Virus record (IMG/VR): IMGVR_UViG_2711768013_000010
DNA from: a virus
Lineage: Duplodnaviria > Heunggongvirae > Uroviricota > Caudoviricetes
Reading direction: 5' to 3' (one strand)
DNA length: 43,729 nt
Below, in pieces: positions 26,993-35,726 of this stretch. The number at the start of each line of letters is the position of its first letter. Positions within the stretch are counted from its first letter, which is position 1. Below the pieces are notes generated by a model. It did not search any database, had not been told where the DNA came from, and saw only the letters and a program-made list of their open reading frames with translations. Position numbers and translations under genes: made by a program.

Positions 26993-28565
26993 CCAGCATC
27001 CCCTTCATTTCCGCAGCAAACATGGCATCACTGAGCAGCGTCATCAGGCGGGAATCATCCATTTCACGGTAAAGGGCAGGCAGGTCTGCCAGTGCCTCCG
27101 CCAGCCCCCGCGTTCTGATGACATCAATGACCGGCTCCAGCACCGGATCGATGGCCTCCTGTAAGCGGCGGGCAGGCACCGCGTCCCCCATGTCGTCCAG
27201 TTCATCACGCGGCGTGTTTTTCGCTTCCGGCAGTCGGGCTGAAAGCGCCGTCTGTTCTGTCTTTTCCTGTTTTTCCGGTAGCGTTTCCCTGTCAGGCATG
27301 GCCGGTTCATTACTGCTCTGACGGACACGGAATATGGCTTCACCGGGCGTGGGCTGTGGAATACCGGTCTGATCCCGTACCCAGGGATCAGGAATATCCA
27401 TCCCCGCACTGAGTTGCATCACCGCACTGGCTATTTTGGTGATATCCCCCGGTTCTTTGGTCTGGAAACAGATACGCGGCAGGCGACGGATATCAATGGC
27501 GTGGGCGGTGTTCAGGGCATACAGCGGATACACCAGATCGCGGTTCAGGGTTGCAGCCAGCTGGCGTAAATCAGAATCCCTGATTTCCCGGCGCACCTCG
27601 TTATGCACCTCACCCAGCGAGCGCGCGCCTTTGTCTCCGGCTTCTGTGGTCAGCGTGCCGCCGAGTATTGCTTTGGAGATGGAACGCTCACCCCACGAAA
27701 TCATGGTTTCAAACGGATCGGCCTGACCGTTCGCTGCCGCCTGAAACTCCAGCGACATCCCGGCCGGGATGATCCCGCCTGTACGTCGCCCGATATCCAT
27801 CACCGCCCGCATCAGGGCACTTTTCTGCTCCGGTGTTGCCCCGGACGGGTATTTCCCGACCTTCATTGGCAGGCCGTACACCTCCAGAAATTCCGCCAGA
27901 TCGCGCACGGAATAGTTTTTGAAAATGAACGGCCAGATAAGCGTTCTGACAAGCCCCGTCGCACCACCGTAGCCGGTGCGTGAACGCGACTGATGCACTA
28001 TCCAGCCAAAGGGCTGAAACGCCACCCCGGCATGGCTGCCGTCACGCAGCCGCAGTTCGCTCAAATCATCCGGGTTAAGGCAGAAATGCCCGCTGTCACG
28101 CCAGCGGATGGCGCGGATGATGTGCATTTTACCGAGCATCCCGTGCTCAATTTCCATGCAGGAATAGCCCTTCAGGATGGCATCCGTGGCGTCAAACAGC
28201 ATGGCATCAAACCAGTCTGCGGAATGCAGATATTCGTCGAGCATTTCCGCGTCCTTTTTCTCATTCGCGCTGGCGTTCGGTGGCGGCTCAATACTCCATG
28301 GCACCCCCTGAATGGCAAGACGTCGCTTGCCCAGCTCCGCAAAAAGGTGGGTGTCCTTTTCTTCAATATCAGCGGCCAGATCGGACTGGGCAATCAGATC
28401 GCCACGTTCAGCCCCGCGAAGGCACTGCGCCGCCCGGTTCGGGGTGATACCCGAAGCCGGATGTTCAATATAACGGCTGGCAATCTGCGGAATATCCAGC
28501 GCGGCACTCTGCATCTCCGGGTCAAAGGAGAAAGGTTTTCCGTCAGTATCAATGATGCGTCCCAC
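26976..28565 (-). CDS. portal protein (Mu H, DUF935)
   Basis: 529-aa ORF immediately downstream of large terminase. Confidence 0.85.
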   Translation of the reverse strand: MGRIIDTDGKPFSFDPEMQSAALDIPQIASRYIEHPASGITPNRAAQCLRGAERGDLIAQSDLAADIEEKDTHLFAELGKRRLAIQGVPWSIEPPPNASANEKKDAEMLDEYLHSADWFDAMLFDATDAILKGYSCMEIEHGMLGKMHIIRAIRWRDSGHFCLNPDDLSELRLRDGSHAGVAFQPFGWIVHQSRSRTGYGGATGLVRTLIWPFIFKNYSVRDLAEFLEVYGLPMKVGKYPSGATPEQKSALMRAVMDIGRRTGGIIPAGMSLEFQAAANGQADPFETMISWGERSISKAILGGTLTTEAGDKGARSLGEVHNEVRREIRDSDLRQLAATLNRDLVYPLYALNTAHAIDIRRLPRICFQTKEPGDITKIASAVMQLSAGMDIPDPWVRDQTGIPQPTPGEAIFRVRQSSNEPAMPDRETLPEKQEKTEQTALSARLPEAKNTPRDELDDMGDAVPARRLQEAIDPVLEPVIDVIRTRGLAEALADLPALYREMDDSRLMTLLSDAMFAAEMKGMLDGSGD

Positions 28566-30232
28566 TACCAGCCCCCCCGATCAAATTCATGATATGCCTC
28601 ATCGTCATCACGATAACCGCCCTCCATTGCCCGCGACCGCTCCTGTAGCGCCTGACAGGCTGATTCATCCAGGATGAAGCCCTCCATGTATGACGCCCGG
28701 TTTGCCATACAGAGCGCCACGGCAAAATCACCATGGCGGCGGGCGTTCGCAGCCGTTGCGTTCTGGTCCTTCGTGCGCCCCTTGTCGATTTGCGGGATAC
28801 CATTCACTACCTTCACATGGCGCAAATCATCAAGCGTGGTCTGATGGCGGGCGACGAGGATATTCTGATCTTCAAACTCGGCTTTCAGTTTTGGCATCCA
28901 CTCGCCGTACCACTTCGGCGACAACATCACGCAGTCGATGATGTCCGGGCCAAAGGCCAGCAGTGCGGCCTCTGCCAGATAGCCGCCGTTACCGGTGGCG
29001 TCGAACGCCGCACCGACCAGCGCCGGAACGCGGGTCAGGATGTACATCATCACCTGTTCCTGCTGGGCATACGGCAGGTTGCGCAGCTCCACGCGAAACA
29101 CCTCGCGCTTTGCCAGGGATTCGGTGATTTCCAGCAGCACAAAGCAGGACAGGTCACCGGTGCGGGCAAAGTCTTCCCCGAAGCTGAAGCGGGAACGGGG
29201 ATTTAATTTCTCTAAAAGCGGTTTTAAATGTTCTTCACACCAGGTTAAAACTTCCGATTCACGCAGCCATGCGGCACGGCTGATGAAGTTGTCCGGGGCT
29301 TCAAACGTCAGAATCGGGATGTCGCGGATCATCGCCATTTCAATAAGCGCGTGGGGGATATAGGCACCGCCGGATTTTTTCGGGATACAGCCGTATTCCT
29401 CGTCGGCATCCTCACGGGTCGGGGCGTTTTTGTAGAGATCATCACGCCATTTCTGCTCGCTTTCCGGTGACCATTCCTGATCGGTGACGTAACAGATACG
29501 ACGGTACAGCCCGTCCGCAATGGCATCATCCAGGGTTATGCGGTGGACGCTGTAATCCTTGCGCCCCTCGCGGGCTTCCTGAATGTACTGATTAAACAGA
29601 TTATCGACGCCGTTATGCGTGGAGATAATACGCACGCGCGCGCCCCACATAGTGAGCGCCATTGCCGCCTTGAGAAGCTCATCCAGTGACTCGTGGAACG
29701 CGGCTTCATCAATCACCACATCCCCCTGAAGGCCGCGCAGGTTTGACGGACGGGAAGACAATGCCTGAATTTTGAATCCACTGTTCGGAAAGCGGATCAT
29801 GTAGGTCAAAATTTCTTCTTTTTTATCCCGATCCCAGAATGTCTGCTCATACACATCAGCATCTGCCAGCTGGTTAAAGGCACGGGAGAACAGCGCGCAG
29901 GCAGAAATATATTCCAGCGCCATCTCCTGCTTTGATCCCACATAAAACACATTGCGGCCACCACGACGCTTCGGTTTTGCAGCAGTAATGACGTTACGCC
30001 CGGCTTCCGCCCAGGTAAGACCGGTGCGGCGGGATTTCTCCGCGATGCAGACCTGACTTTCATCTGCAAACCAGCGGGCCTGATAATCCAGAAACACCGG
30101 CATATCACCGGGCAAATCAAGGCTGTCCGGCACATCCACGCCCAGCAGGGCTTTTTCACCTGACAGATCAATTTTGCGGGGAGGCGTCATTTGCATCAGT
30201 GAAGGCGACGTTTCTCTGGCTTTGTTCATCAT
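28565..30232 (-). CDS. terminase large subunit (Mu gp28)
   Basis: 555-aa ORF, terminase ATPase/nuclease by recognition; synteny. Confidence 0.9.
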   Translation of the reverse strand: MMNKARETSPSLMQMTPPRKIDLSGEKALLGVDVPDSLDLPGDMPVFLDYQARWFADESQVCIAEKSRRTGLTWAEAGRNVITAAKPKRRGGRNVFYVGSKQEMALEYISACALFSRAFNQLADADVYEQTFWDRDKKEEILTYMIRFPNSGFKIQALSSRPSNLRGLQGDVVIDEAAFHESLDELLKAAMALTMWGARVRIISTHNGVDNLFNQYIQEAREGRKDYSVHRITLDDAIADGLYRRICYVTDQEWSPESEQKWRDDLYKNAPTREDADEEYGCIPKKSGGAYIPHALIEMAMIRDIPILTFEAPDNFISRAAWLRESEVLTWCEEHLKPLLEKLNPRSRFSFGEDFARTGDLSCFVLLEITESLAKREVFRVELRNLPYAQQEQVMMYILTRVPALVGAAFDATGNGGYLAEAALLAFGPDIIDCVMLSPKWYGEWMPKLKAEFEDQNILVARHQTTLDDLRHVKVVNGIPQIDKGRTKDQNATAANARRHGDFAVALCMANRASYMEGFILDESACQALQERSRAMEGGYRDDDEAYHEFDRGGW

Positions 30233-30477
30233 GCTTTACCTGTCAGAATGCTTTTGATTCGGGACTCAAGCTCTTCAGTCATCACGTCCACGCCGCTCAA
30301 CTCATCAGTGGCAGCCTCTGCCAGCAGCGAATGCAGTTGTTCCAGGGATATTTCCCCGGCAATGCTGAGTTCAGTCAACTCACGACATACCTTTATGGTT
30401 TCAGGAGGTAACTGTGTTGCAAGACTGAATGCTTTCTGATGGGCACTGCTCATCAGTGAGCGGTTATCTGTTGCCAT
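30229..30477 (-). CDS. small protein sharing the C-terminal motif of the terminase small-subunit-like protein
   Basis: 82-aa ORF ending ..DELSGVDVMTEELESRIKSILTGKA, paralogous to the C-terminus of the upstream 193-aa protein (..DELRGVDGMSEQIEFRIRQMLLGKA). Confidence 0.5.
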   Translation of the reverse strand: MATDNRSLMSSAHQKAFSLATQLPPETIKVCRELTELSIAGEISLEQLHSLLAEAATDELSGVDVMTEELESRIKSILTGKA

Positions 30478-30487
30478 GATTCACCTC

Positions 30488-31069
30488 CTACGCCTTACCC
30501 AGCAGCATCTGCCTGATACGGAATTCGATCTGCTCGCTCATGCCATCCACGCCGCGCAACTCATCGGTGACCGCATTCGCCATCTCTTCAGCAAATGCGG
30601 CCCGGATTTCTTTTTCACGCTTAATGCTGCGCTCGGCGGCACTTTCTGCACGCTGTGCCGACAGGAGGATGTCCTTAATAAGGCGCATATCCACATCGCT
30701 GTCGCTGTTCAGGGATTCGGTGGCGGCACGCAGACGGCGGTACATCAGGGCACGGGACATCTCCAGAATCAGTGCCGTGGTTTCACCGGTCGGCTTATCC
30801 CCCAGTTCGGCCATCATGGCTTTTGTCTGCTCGCGTAAATCACGCAGATTACGGGCAATCAGCTCATTACGGGAGGCTTCCCGGCTGATGGCCGCCGGTG
30901 AGAGCTGCTGCTCTTCCGGCAGACCTGCTTCACGGATCAGACGGTTGATTTCCTCGCGGATCTGGACCTGCGTCAGACGTTTTTCACGCAGCATTTCCAG
31001 CAGCGGCTTACGGATGCTGTCGGGGAGCAAATCCACCTTGCGTACACGGCCACGCGCTGGCTTATCCAT
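30488..31069 (-). CDS. terminase small subunit-like protein (Mu gp27, DUF3486-like)
   Basis: 193-aa basic coiled-coil protein directly upstream of terminase large subunit. Confidence 0.7.
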   Translation of the reverse strand: MDKPARGRVRKVDLLPDSIRKPLLEMLREKRLTQVQIREEINRLIREAGLPEEQQLSPAAISREASRNELIARNLRDLREQTKAMMAELGDKPTGETTALILEMSRALMYRRLRAATESLNSDSDVDMRLIKDILLSAQRAESAAERSIKREKEIRAAFAEEMANAVTDELRGVDGMSEQIEFRIRQMLLGKA

Positions 31070-31071
31070 CG

Positions 31072-31362
31072 TTACCCCCTTGCGCGTGGTTTCTTCACAC
31101 CCGGAACGGTGGCGCGGCCTTCCGCCACATCCTGACCCCGGCCGGTCAGTTCAGCGATGAAATAACCGTTAACAAGCGTGCGCTTACGCACCAGTCCCTG
31201 CTCGGCAAGCCAGGCAATGTGGGTATGAACGGTGTCGCGGGACACGCGGTGACCGTAATCATCCAGGCAGTCCTGAAGCACGGATTCGCCCAGTTCGCCG
31301 TTGTAATCCGCCAGCGACCGCAGAATGACAAGACGCTGATCTTCAGTAATGAAATCACTCAT
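31072..31362 (-). CDS. small winged-helix-like DNA-binding protein (Mu gp26 position)
   Basis: 96-aa ORF; helix-turn-helix-like stretch and basic tail. Confidence 0.5.
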   Translation of the reverse strand: MSDFITEDQRLVILRSLADYNGELGESVLQDCLDDYGHRVSRDTVHTHIAWLAEQGLVRKRTLVNGYFIAELTGRGQDVAEGRATVPGVKKPRARG

Positions 31363-31666
31363 TGTGTTTTTTCCTTACAGCCTGCTCCAGCAGCAGTTCG
31401 TTCTGATGGGAGACGGATTTCAGGGTGGCATTGGTGGCCTTAAGCTCACCGCGCAGGGTGGTGATTTCGATATTGAGTCTGTTCACCTCCTGCTGCGTGG
31501 GCAGGCCGGAAATCCGGCTCTCCACCCGCTCAACCCGGTCGGAGAGTTTTTCAAAGGCCTCGCGGGGGACAAAGGTTTTGCGCATCAGCGCCATGAAGAT
31601 CCCCCCGGCTGTGGCCGTTGCCGACAGGATCGGCACGACATAATCTTTAACGATGCTGACCCACAT
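31355..31666 (-). CDS. membrane-anchored coiled-coil protein (DUF2730-like; Mu gp25 releasin-like)
   Basis: 103-aa ORF with N-terminal TM helix (VVPILSATATAGGIFMALM) then coiled coil; sits in the lysis cassette. Confidence 0.6.
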   Translation of the reverse strand: MWVSIVKDYVVPILSATATAGGIFMALMRKTFVPREAFEKLSDRVERVESRISGLPTQQEVNRLNIEITTLRGELKATNATLKSVSHQNELLLEQAVRKKHNE

Positions 31667-31874
31667 GACCGGCCTCCATGATGTTCTGGCAGTTCACACA
31701 ACGGATGGCATCCGGCACGGCAACCAGACGGGCAGCCGGAATGTCACCCCCGCAGTCCGCGCATACACGCCTGCCCGGTGTCTCCGCCACCCGGCGCTTA
31801 CGTGTCAGCCGGTCACAAAGGGCGCGTTCTGTTGCACGCTCCATGACTGCCTGAGCACAATCTGAATCATCCAT
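31647..31874 (-). CDS. TraR/DksA-family C4 zinc-finger protein
   Basis: C-x2-C-x17-C-x2-C (CADCGGDIPAARLVAVPDAIRCVNC); ORF 31647..31940 trimmed to internal Met. Confidence 0.65.
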   Translation of the reverse strand: MDDSDCAQAVMERATERALCDRLTRKRRVAETPGRRVCADCGGDIPAARLVAVPDAIRCVNCQNIMEAGHVGQHR

Positions 31875-31884
31875 ACCTTTTTCC

Positions 31885-32256
31885 TTACTTCGTCTTTCCT
31901 GCCGGAACAGCAGTCGTTCCGGCCATATCAGTAAATTCATGCTGTCGCTGTGTCTCCAGACGGCGGATGCTGGCCTTGTCCACGTTGCAGTTTTTAATCA
32001 CCGCCAGCAGTTGCAGGTTGTAAGTGACCGATGCACCAAACGTGAACGGCTGCGGCGCGGGAGGGACCAGGCAGTCAGCCAGCCATTCAGCGGGGATCGG
32101 CACCGGCTTCACCGGCACGTATTTCACAGACGGCCCGCCGCACCCGGTCAGCCACATCATCAGGCACAGGCACAGCGGCAGCAGGCACCGTTGCCAGTGA
32201 CCGGCGGACAATGCTCTGCTGTTCCTCGCTGTGCTGCATGTTCTGCTGTTTTTCAT
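31885..32256 (-). CDS. o-spanin (outer-membrane lipoprotein, Rz1-like), start uncertain
   Basis: Lipobox LTGC after hydrophobic stretch, Pro-rich mature part; overlaps the i-spanin frame. Confidence 0.5.
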   Translation of the reverse strand: MKNSRTCSTARNSRALSAGHWQRCLLPLCLCLMMWLTGCGGPSVKYVPVKPVPIPAEWLADCLVPPAPQPFTFGASVTYNLQLLAVIKNCNVDKASIRRLETQRQHEFTDMAGTTAVPAGKTK

Positions 32257-32608
32257 TCGTGGCCGCCTTGCTGATTTGTGAAATGAGTTGCAGGGTGCGT
32301 TGCTGGTTTGCCAGCACCAGACGGGCTTCGTCCCGTTCACGCACAAGCACATGATTATTGTCCTCAAGGCGCTGCGTCTTCTGGTGCATTCCCCATACCA
32401 CGGCAGCCAGCACGCTCATCACCCCCAGCGCCGCCATACAGCCTCCGGCAATCAGGGCCGGTAAGGGATTGTTCACCGCAGACACAGCACACCCCGCAGC
32501 AGCACAACGGCACACAGCAGCGCAATCATGAGCGGTCGCCAGAAGCGGTTCAGACTTTCGGCAAATCGTAACGACATAACCATTCATCCGCCGAACGGCG
32601 GGCCTCAA
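32087..32608 (-). CDS. i-spanin (Rz-like), start uncertain
   Basis: N-terminal TM helix (LIAGGCMAALGVMSVLAAVVWG) followed by coiled-coil; immediately downstream of endolysin and overlapping the lipoprotein frame. Confidence 0.55.
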   Translation of the reverse strand: MRPAVRRMNGYVVTICRKSEPLLATAHDCAAVCRCAAAGCAVSAVNNPLPALIAGGCMAALGVMSVLAAVVWGMHQKTQRLEDNNHVLVRERDEARLVLANQQRTLQLISQISKAATNEKQQNMQHSEEQQSIVRRSLATVPAAAVPVPDDVADRVRRAVCEIRAGEAGADPR

Positions 32609-33050
32609 GACCGGGGAGTTTTACCCCCTTTGAATAAATCCAGCGGATATACTGCTTACAGGACGCGGGCATCTGCCCGGCATTGATAAGGCGCAGGAGC
32701 GTGGAGTTGCGAAAGTTCGTTTCACCGGCCCAGAAAATCCAGGAGGCCAGCGCCACCGTCTGACCACGGGTAAGCGGCACCTGAACATGACGATCGATAG
32801 CCGCAAAGGCCCATTTCATGTCCTTTTCCAGCAGCTCCAGACACTCTTCATCAGTTTTTGTCATCCCCGGTTTCACATCCGGGCCGGTATGGCCGTAACA
32901 GATGGTGGGGGTGCCGGTGGGATCAATGTACGTGGTGTTTTCTTTCCCTTCCCAGTAGCCGGTGTAGTGCGTGGCAATGGTGAACGTCCCGGCTCCGGCC
33001 AGAACAAGGGCAATCAGCTTTTTACGCAGGGGTGCGGGGAGTTTTGGCAT
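32550..33050 (-). CDS. SAR endolysin (T4-lysozyme-like muramidase with N-terminal signal-anchor-release domain)
   Basis: N-terminal hydrophobic LIALVLAGAGTFTIA then catalytic E-x8-D-x5-T (EGKENTTYIDPTGTPT). Confidence 0.85.
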   Translation of the reverse strand: MPKLPAPLRKKLIALVLAGAGTFTIATHYTGYWEGKENTTYIDPTGTPTICYGHTGPDVKPGMTKTDEECLELLEKDMKWAFAAIDRHVQVPLTRGQTVALASWIFWAGETNFRNSTLLRLINAGQMPASCKQYIRWIYSKGVKLPGLEARRSADEWLCRYDLPKV

Positions 33051-33121
33051 TGTTACGCTGTCTCATGGTGTTCTCTGAGTCAGCGTAACCGTGAGGAAAA
33101 GGGGGCAGGATTTGCGGAATA

Positions 33122-33544
33122 TCAGAAAAGCCGTGGCTGCGTGCGTTCCTGATGCAGGCGACGCTGGTTGCGGATAACGGAGTAAATCTGCGTCTCTGAC
33201 ATCTGGTAGTGGCGGCGCAGGGTTTCAATTTTTTCGCCCTGGCTCCAGCGGGAAAAAATTTCATTATTGCGCAGTTCGGTGAAAAGGGATTCACCGACCG
33301 GGAGATAATAACCACGCCCGCCCATGTACCCGGCCTGTGCGGCTGCAACCTTACGGGCAAGCATTCCCGCCTGAGCAGGTTCAATCCCCTGACGGTGCAG
33401 TTCAGCACTGATCACATCAACCAGGTCCCGCAGCGTGCCGGGCCAGTTCTTTTTCAGCTCATCATCAGGAATATCATCCAGACGGTCAATCAGCGCGTGC
33501 AGCTGTTCGCTGTCACCAAACATGCTCATCTGTGTTTCAGCCAT
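33122..33544 (-). CDS. Mor/C-family late transcription activator
   Basis: 140-aa ORF of Mor/C size and family by recognition, between gemA and the lysis genes; only one member of the family found. Confidence 0.8.
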   Translation of the reverse strand: MAETQMSMFGDSEQLHALIDRLDDIPDDELKKNWPGTLRDLVDVISAELHRQGIEPAQAGMLARKVAAAQAGYMGGRGYYLPVGESLFTELRNNEIFSRWSQGEKIETLRRHYQMSETQIYSVIRNQRRLHQERTQPRLF

Positions 33545-33579
33545 ACCCGCCTCCGGTCATCATTACACAGGGCAAGTTT

Positions 33580-33608
33580 AAAATAAAAATCCCGCGCTGT
33601 GGCGGGAT
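33580..33608 (-). terminator. intrinsic terminator (ATCCCGC-loop-GCGGGAT + T-run on minus strand)
   Basis: 7-bp GC-rich stem, 6-nt loop, followed on the minus strand by TTTTATTTT; immediately 3' of gemA. Confidence 0.5.
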
Positions 33609-33614
33609 TTGGGG

Positions 33615-34127
33615 TTAACGGGGGAATGATTTTTCATACAGCCTGCAAACACGCTCATAACTCATCACTGCACGTTCCGACATATCCAGGGCTGCCAGCA
33701 TTTTGCGGCGGTGCCAGCGTTTGAGACGCTCCAGCACATCAGAGGCCAGCGCGGGTTGTTGCTCCAGCCACTGCCAGTTAGCCACACCTTCGCCGTCGTT
33801 CTGCGCGGCCGTCTGCGATTTCACCCAGCGGTTAAGGGCCGTTTCCCCGCCATCAGAGATAAATCCCTGCCGGTGCATCACTTTCCAGATGGCGCGAATT
33901 TTGGCGGTCACCGTACCCGGTTTTAAGGCCCGGTTAACCGGCTTCTGACGCACTTTAAAACCGCGTTTTTTGAAAACATCCAGCACGCGGGATAACTCAC
34001 CGGGTGACATATCACGGCAACTGGATTTGCCGGTGGCTGCCAGCAGCGCGGATGTATAGGTATCATGGTCAAGCTGTAGATCGCGTTTTGCGACATGTAT
34101 TAAGGTAATCAGGGAAGCGCGATTCAT
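33615..34127 (-). CDS. gemA: GemA-like regulatory protein (Mu gp16, DUF1018)
   Basis: 170-aa ORF recognised as Mu GemA-like; upstream of Mor/C gene. Confidence 0.8.
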   Translation of the reverse strand: MNRASLITLIHVAKRDLQLDHDTYTSALLAATGKSSCRDMSPGELSRVLDVFKKRGFKVRQKPVNRALKPGTVTAKIRAIWKVMHRQGFISDGGETALNRWVKSQTAAQNDGEGVANWQWLEQQPALASDVLERLKRWHRRKMLAALDMSERAVMSYERVCRLYEKSFPR

Positions 34128-34197
34128 TATCGTGGCTCCATAAAAAATGGGCGGTGTTACCGCACCGCCATGTCAATTAACATAAAAGGAAAAATCT

Positions 34198-34437
34198 ATG
34201 TCAGATATAAAAAATGCACTTGATGTTGCCGCATTCACAATGGCTGGAAATCTTATGGTAACCCTGTTCGATAAGGGGCTGATTTCCCGTGAGGAGGCAA
34301 TACATATTATCAATCTCGCTCAAAAAAACTCTACCCCGGAAAATGCAGAAGATATCCAGGATGGCTCATATATTAATACCGACTGGCATTTCGACAATCT
34401 CCGGGCCTGTATGGGGATTACCGCTGAAAAAGATTAA
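34198..34437 (+). CDS. hypothetical small protein, opposite strand to the prophage operons
   Basis: 79-aa ORF with Shine-Dalgarno AAAGGA ~8 nt upstream; AT-rich; converges on and overlaps the 3' end of the next gene by ~20 nt. Confidence 0.45.
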   Translation: MSDIKNALDVAAFTMAGNLMVTLFDKGLISREEAIHIINLAQKNSTPENAEDIQDGSYINTDWHFDNLRACMGITAEKD

Positions 34438-34720
34438 AAATTTTTGCATAATGTTCAGATGTAAGAATTGCTGAACCATCAACACCGAGCCTACGGCGAA
34501 CGTATTCCTCGCGGGCTATTTTATTATCCAGAGATACAGCATCCTTAATCAGGTTAATCTCCCGCTCCATTATCAAAAGGGCTTCTCTGGCTGCAAGATT
34601 TTCTTTTATCGCATATTCGATAATGTCCCGCATACGTTCAAGCATGCCGATTTTAGCCAGTTCTTCGTCGATAGATTTAGGCGCAAATTTGATTTCTTTT
34701 TCCATATTATTCATCCTCAC
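34418..34720 (-). CDS. hypothetical coiled-coil protein
   Basis: 100-aa ORF, AT-rich, GTG start with alternative ATGs 2 and 5 codons in. Confidence 0.5.
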   Translation of the reverse strand: MRMNNMEKEIKFAPKSIDEELAKIGMLERMRDIIEYAIKENLAAREALLIMEREINLIKDAVSLDNKIAREEYVRRRLGVDGSAILTSEHYAKIFNLFQR

Positions 34721-34850
34721 AATTTATACATGCAGTGTCGTCGCCCATATCGCAGTGGTTACATTTTATCTCACCACAATGTGGGCACTCTTTCAGATAC
34801 TCCGGGTCCTCATTTCCACAGGTGGGACATTCAACAATTTGCTCATCCAT
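34707..34850 (-). CDS. small Cys-rich zinc-ribbon protein (47 aa), not in ORF track
   Basis: Hand-translated minus-strand ORF MDEQIVECPTCGNEDPEYLKECPHCGEIKCNHCDMGDDTACINCEDE with paired CxxC motifs; start overlaps upstream gene stop by 8 nt; coordinates +/- 2 nt. Confidence 0.4.
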   Translation of the reverse strand: MDEQIVECPTCGNEDPEYLKECPHCGEIKCNHCDMGDDTACINCEDE

Positions 34851-35175
34851 TATGTATCCCCTGTAATTCCGGCAAGGCCGAAAGATGGCACCAGTGCGTC
34901 ACCTGTCCGTCCTCATCTTCAAGGCAGGCTCCGGTTTCTTCATCAATAAAAAAGCCTTCATACCCCATATGGCCGATGCGCAGTTCCTGTTGGTCACCAT
35001 ACTGAACAATCAGCACGACAGCCTCCATATCAGGCGGAAATGCGTCATCCAGTGAATGCCAGGGATAACCGCGCAAATCCCCGAAATAAACGCCGGTCAG
35101 CGTTCCGCCACAGAGCGGCATTCCGGCGGCACACACAAGAGGTTCATCTGATTCAACAAATAAGGTCGTTATCAT
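34843..35175 (-). CDS. hypothetical acidic protein
   Basis: 110-aa ORF in the early accessory block. Confidence 0.55.
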   Translation of the reverse strand: MITTLFVESDEPLVCAAGMPLCGGTLTGVYFGDLRGYPWHSLDDAFPPDMEAVVLIVQYGDQQELRIGHMGYEGFFIDEETGACLEDEDGQVTHWCHLSALPELQGIHNG

Positions 35176-35723
35176 GGCGTTAACTCCCGTAATACAGCGT
35201 CCTCGGCAGTCCGGCGACGGTAATAAACTGCGTGAGCAGAATGTTCAGATATTCCAAACTTTTCGCCAATTTCCCGGAATGACAGACGGCGTGGGTAATC
35301 GGAATCACGCAGCTCACGTATAAGACGTACATCATCATCAGATATGCGCGTGCCGGGGCGTAACTCTCCGCACTTTGTTAATCCAGCACCAATCATTCCT
35401 GCCCGACATCTGACAGAATCTTTATTACGTCCGAGATATTCTCCCATTTGCTGGCAGGTCATTGTTCTGGCATTTTTTCGAATAAACTTATCTTCATCAG
35501 GTGTAAATCTTGGGTGTTTATATTTCAGTAACTCCGGGTATGAACTGCGCAATACACCAGTCCGGTTATATACAGCCCAGACAGTTCTTTTTATTCTGGC
35601 AGCAATATCCTTAACCGGGGTGGATGAATAAAGCGCAATCAGCAGCGCATCTTCTTCAGGTGTCCACGGACGGACATGAGCGGGGGCGCGACCTTTTAGT
35701 CCCATGGGTTGTAATTTCATCAT
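35172..35723 (-). CDS. putative DNA-binding protein (Myb/SANT-like repeats plus C-terminal HTH)
   Basis: WTPEEDALLIALY.. and FTPDEDKFIR.. repeats; C-terminal LSFREIGEKFGISEHSAHAVYYRRR resembles a sigma-70 region 4/LuxR-type HTH. Confidence 0.5.
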   Translation of the reverse strand: MMKLQPMGLKGRAPAHVRPWTPEEDALLIALYSSTPVKDIAARIKRTVWAVYNRTGVLRSSYPELLKYKHPRFTPDEDKFIRKNARTMTCQQMGEYLGRNKDSVRCRAGMIGAGLTKCGELRPGTRISDDDVRLIRELRDSDYPRRLSFREIGEKFGISEHSAHAVYYRRRTAEDAVLRELTP

Positions 35724-35726
35724 GCA

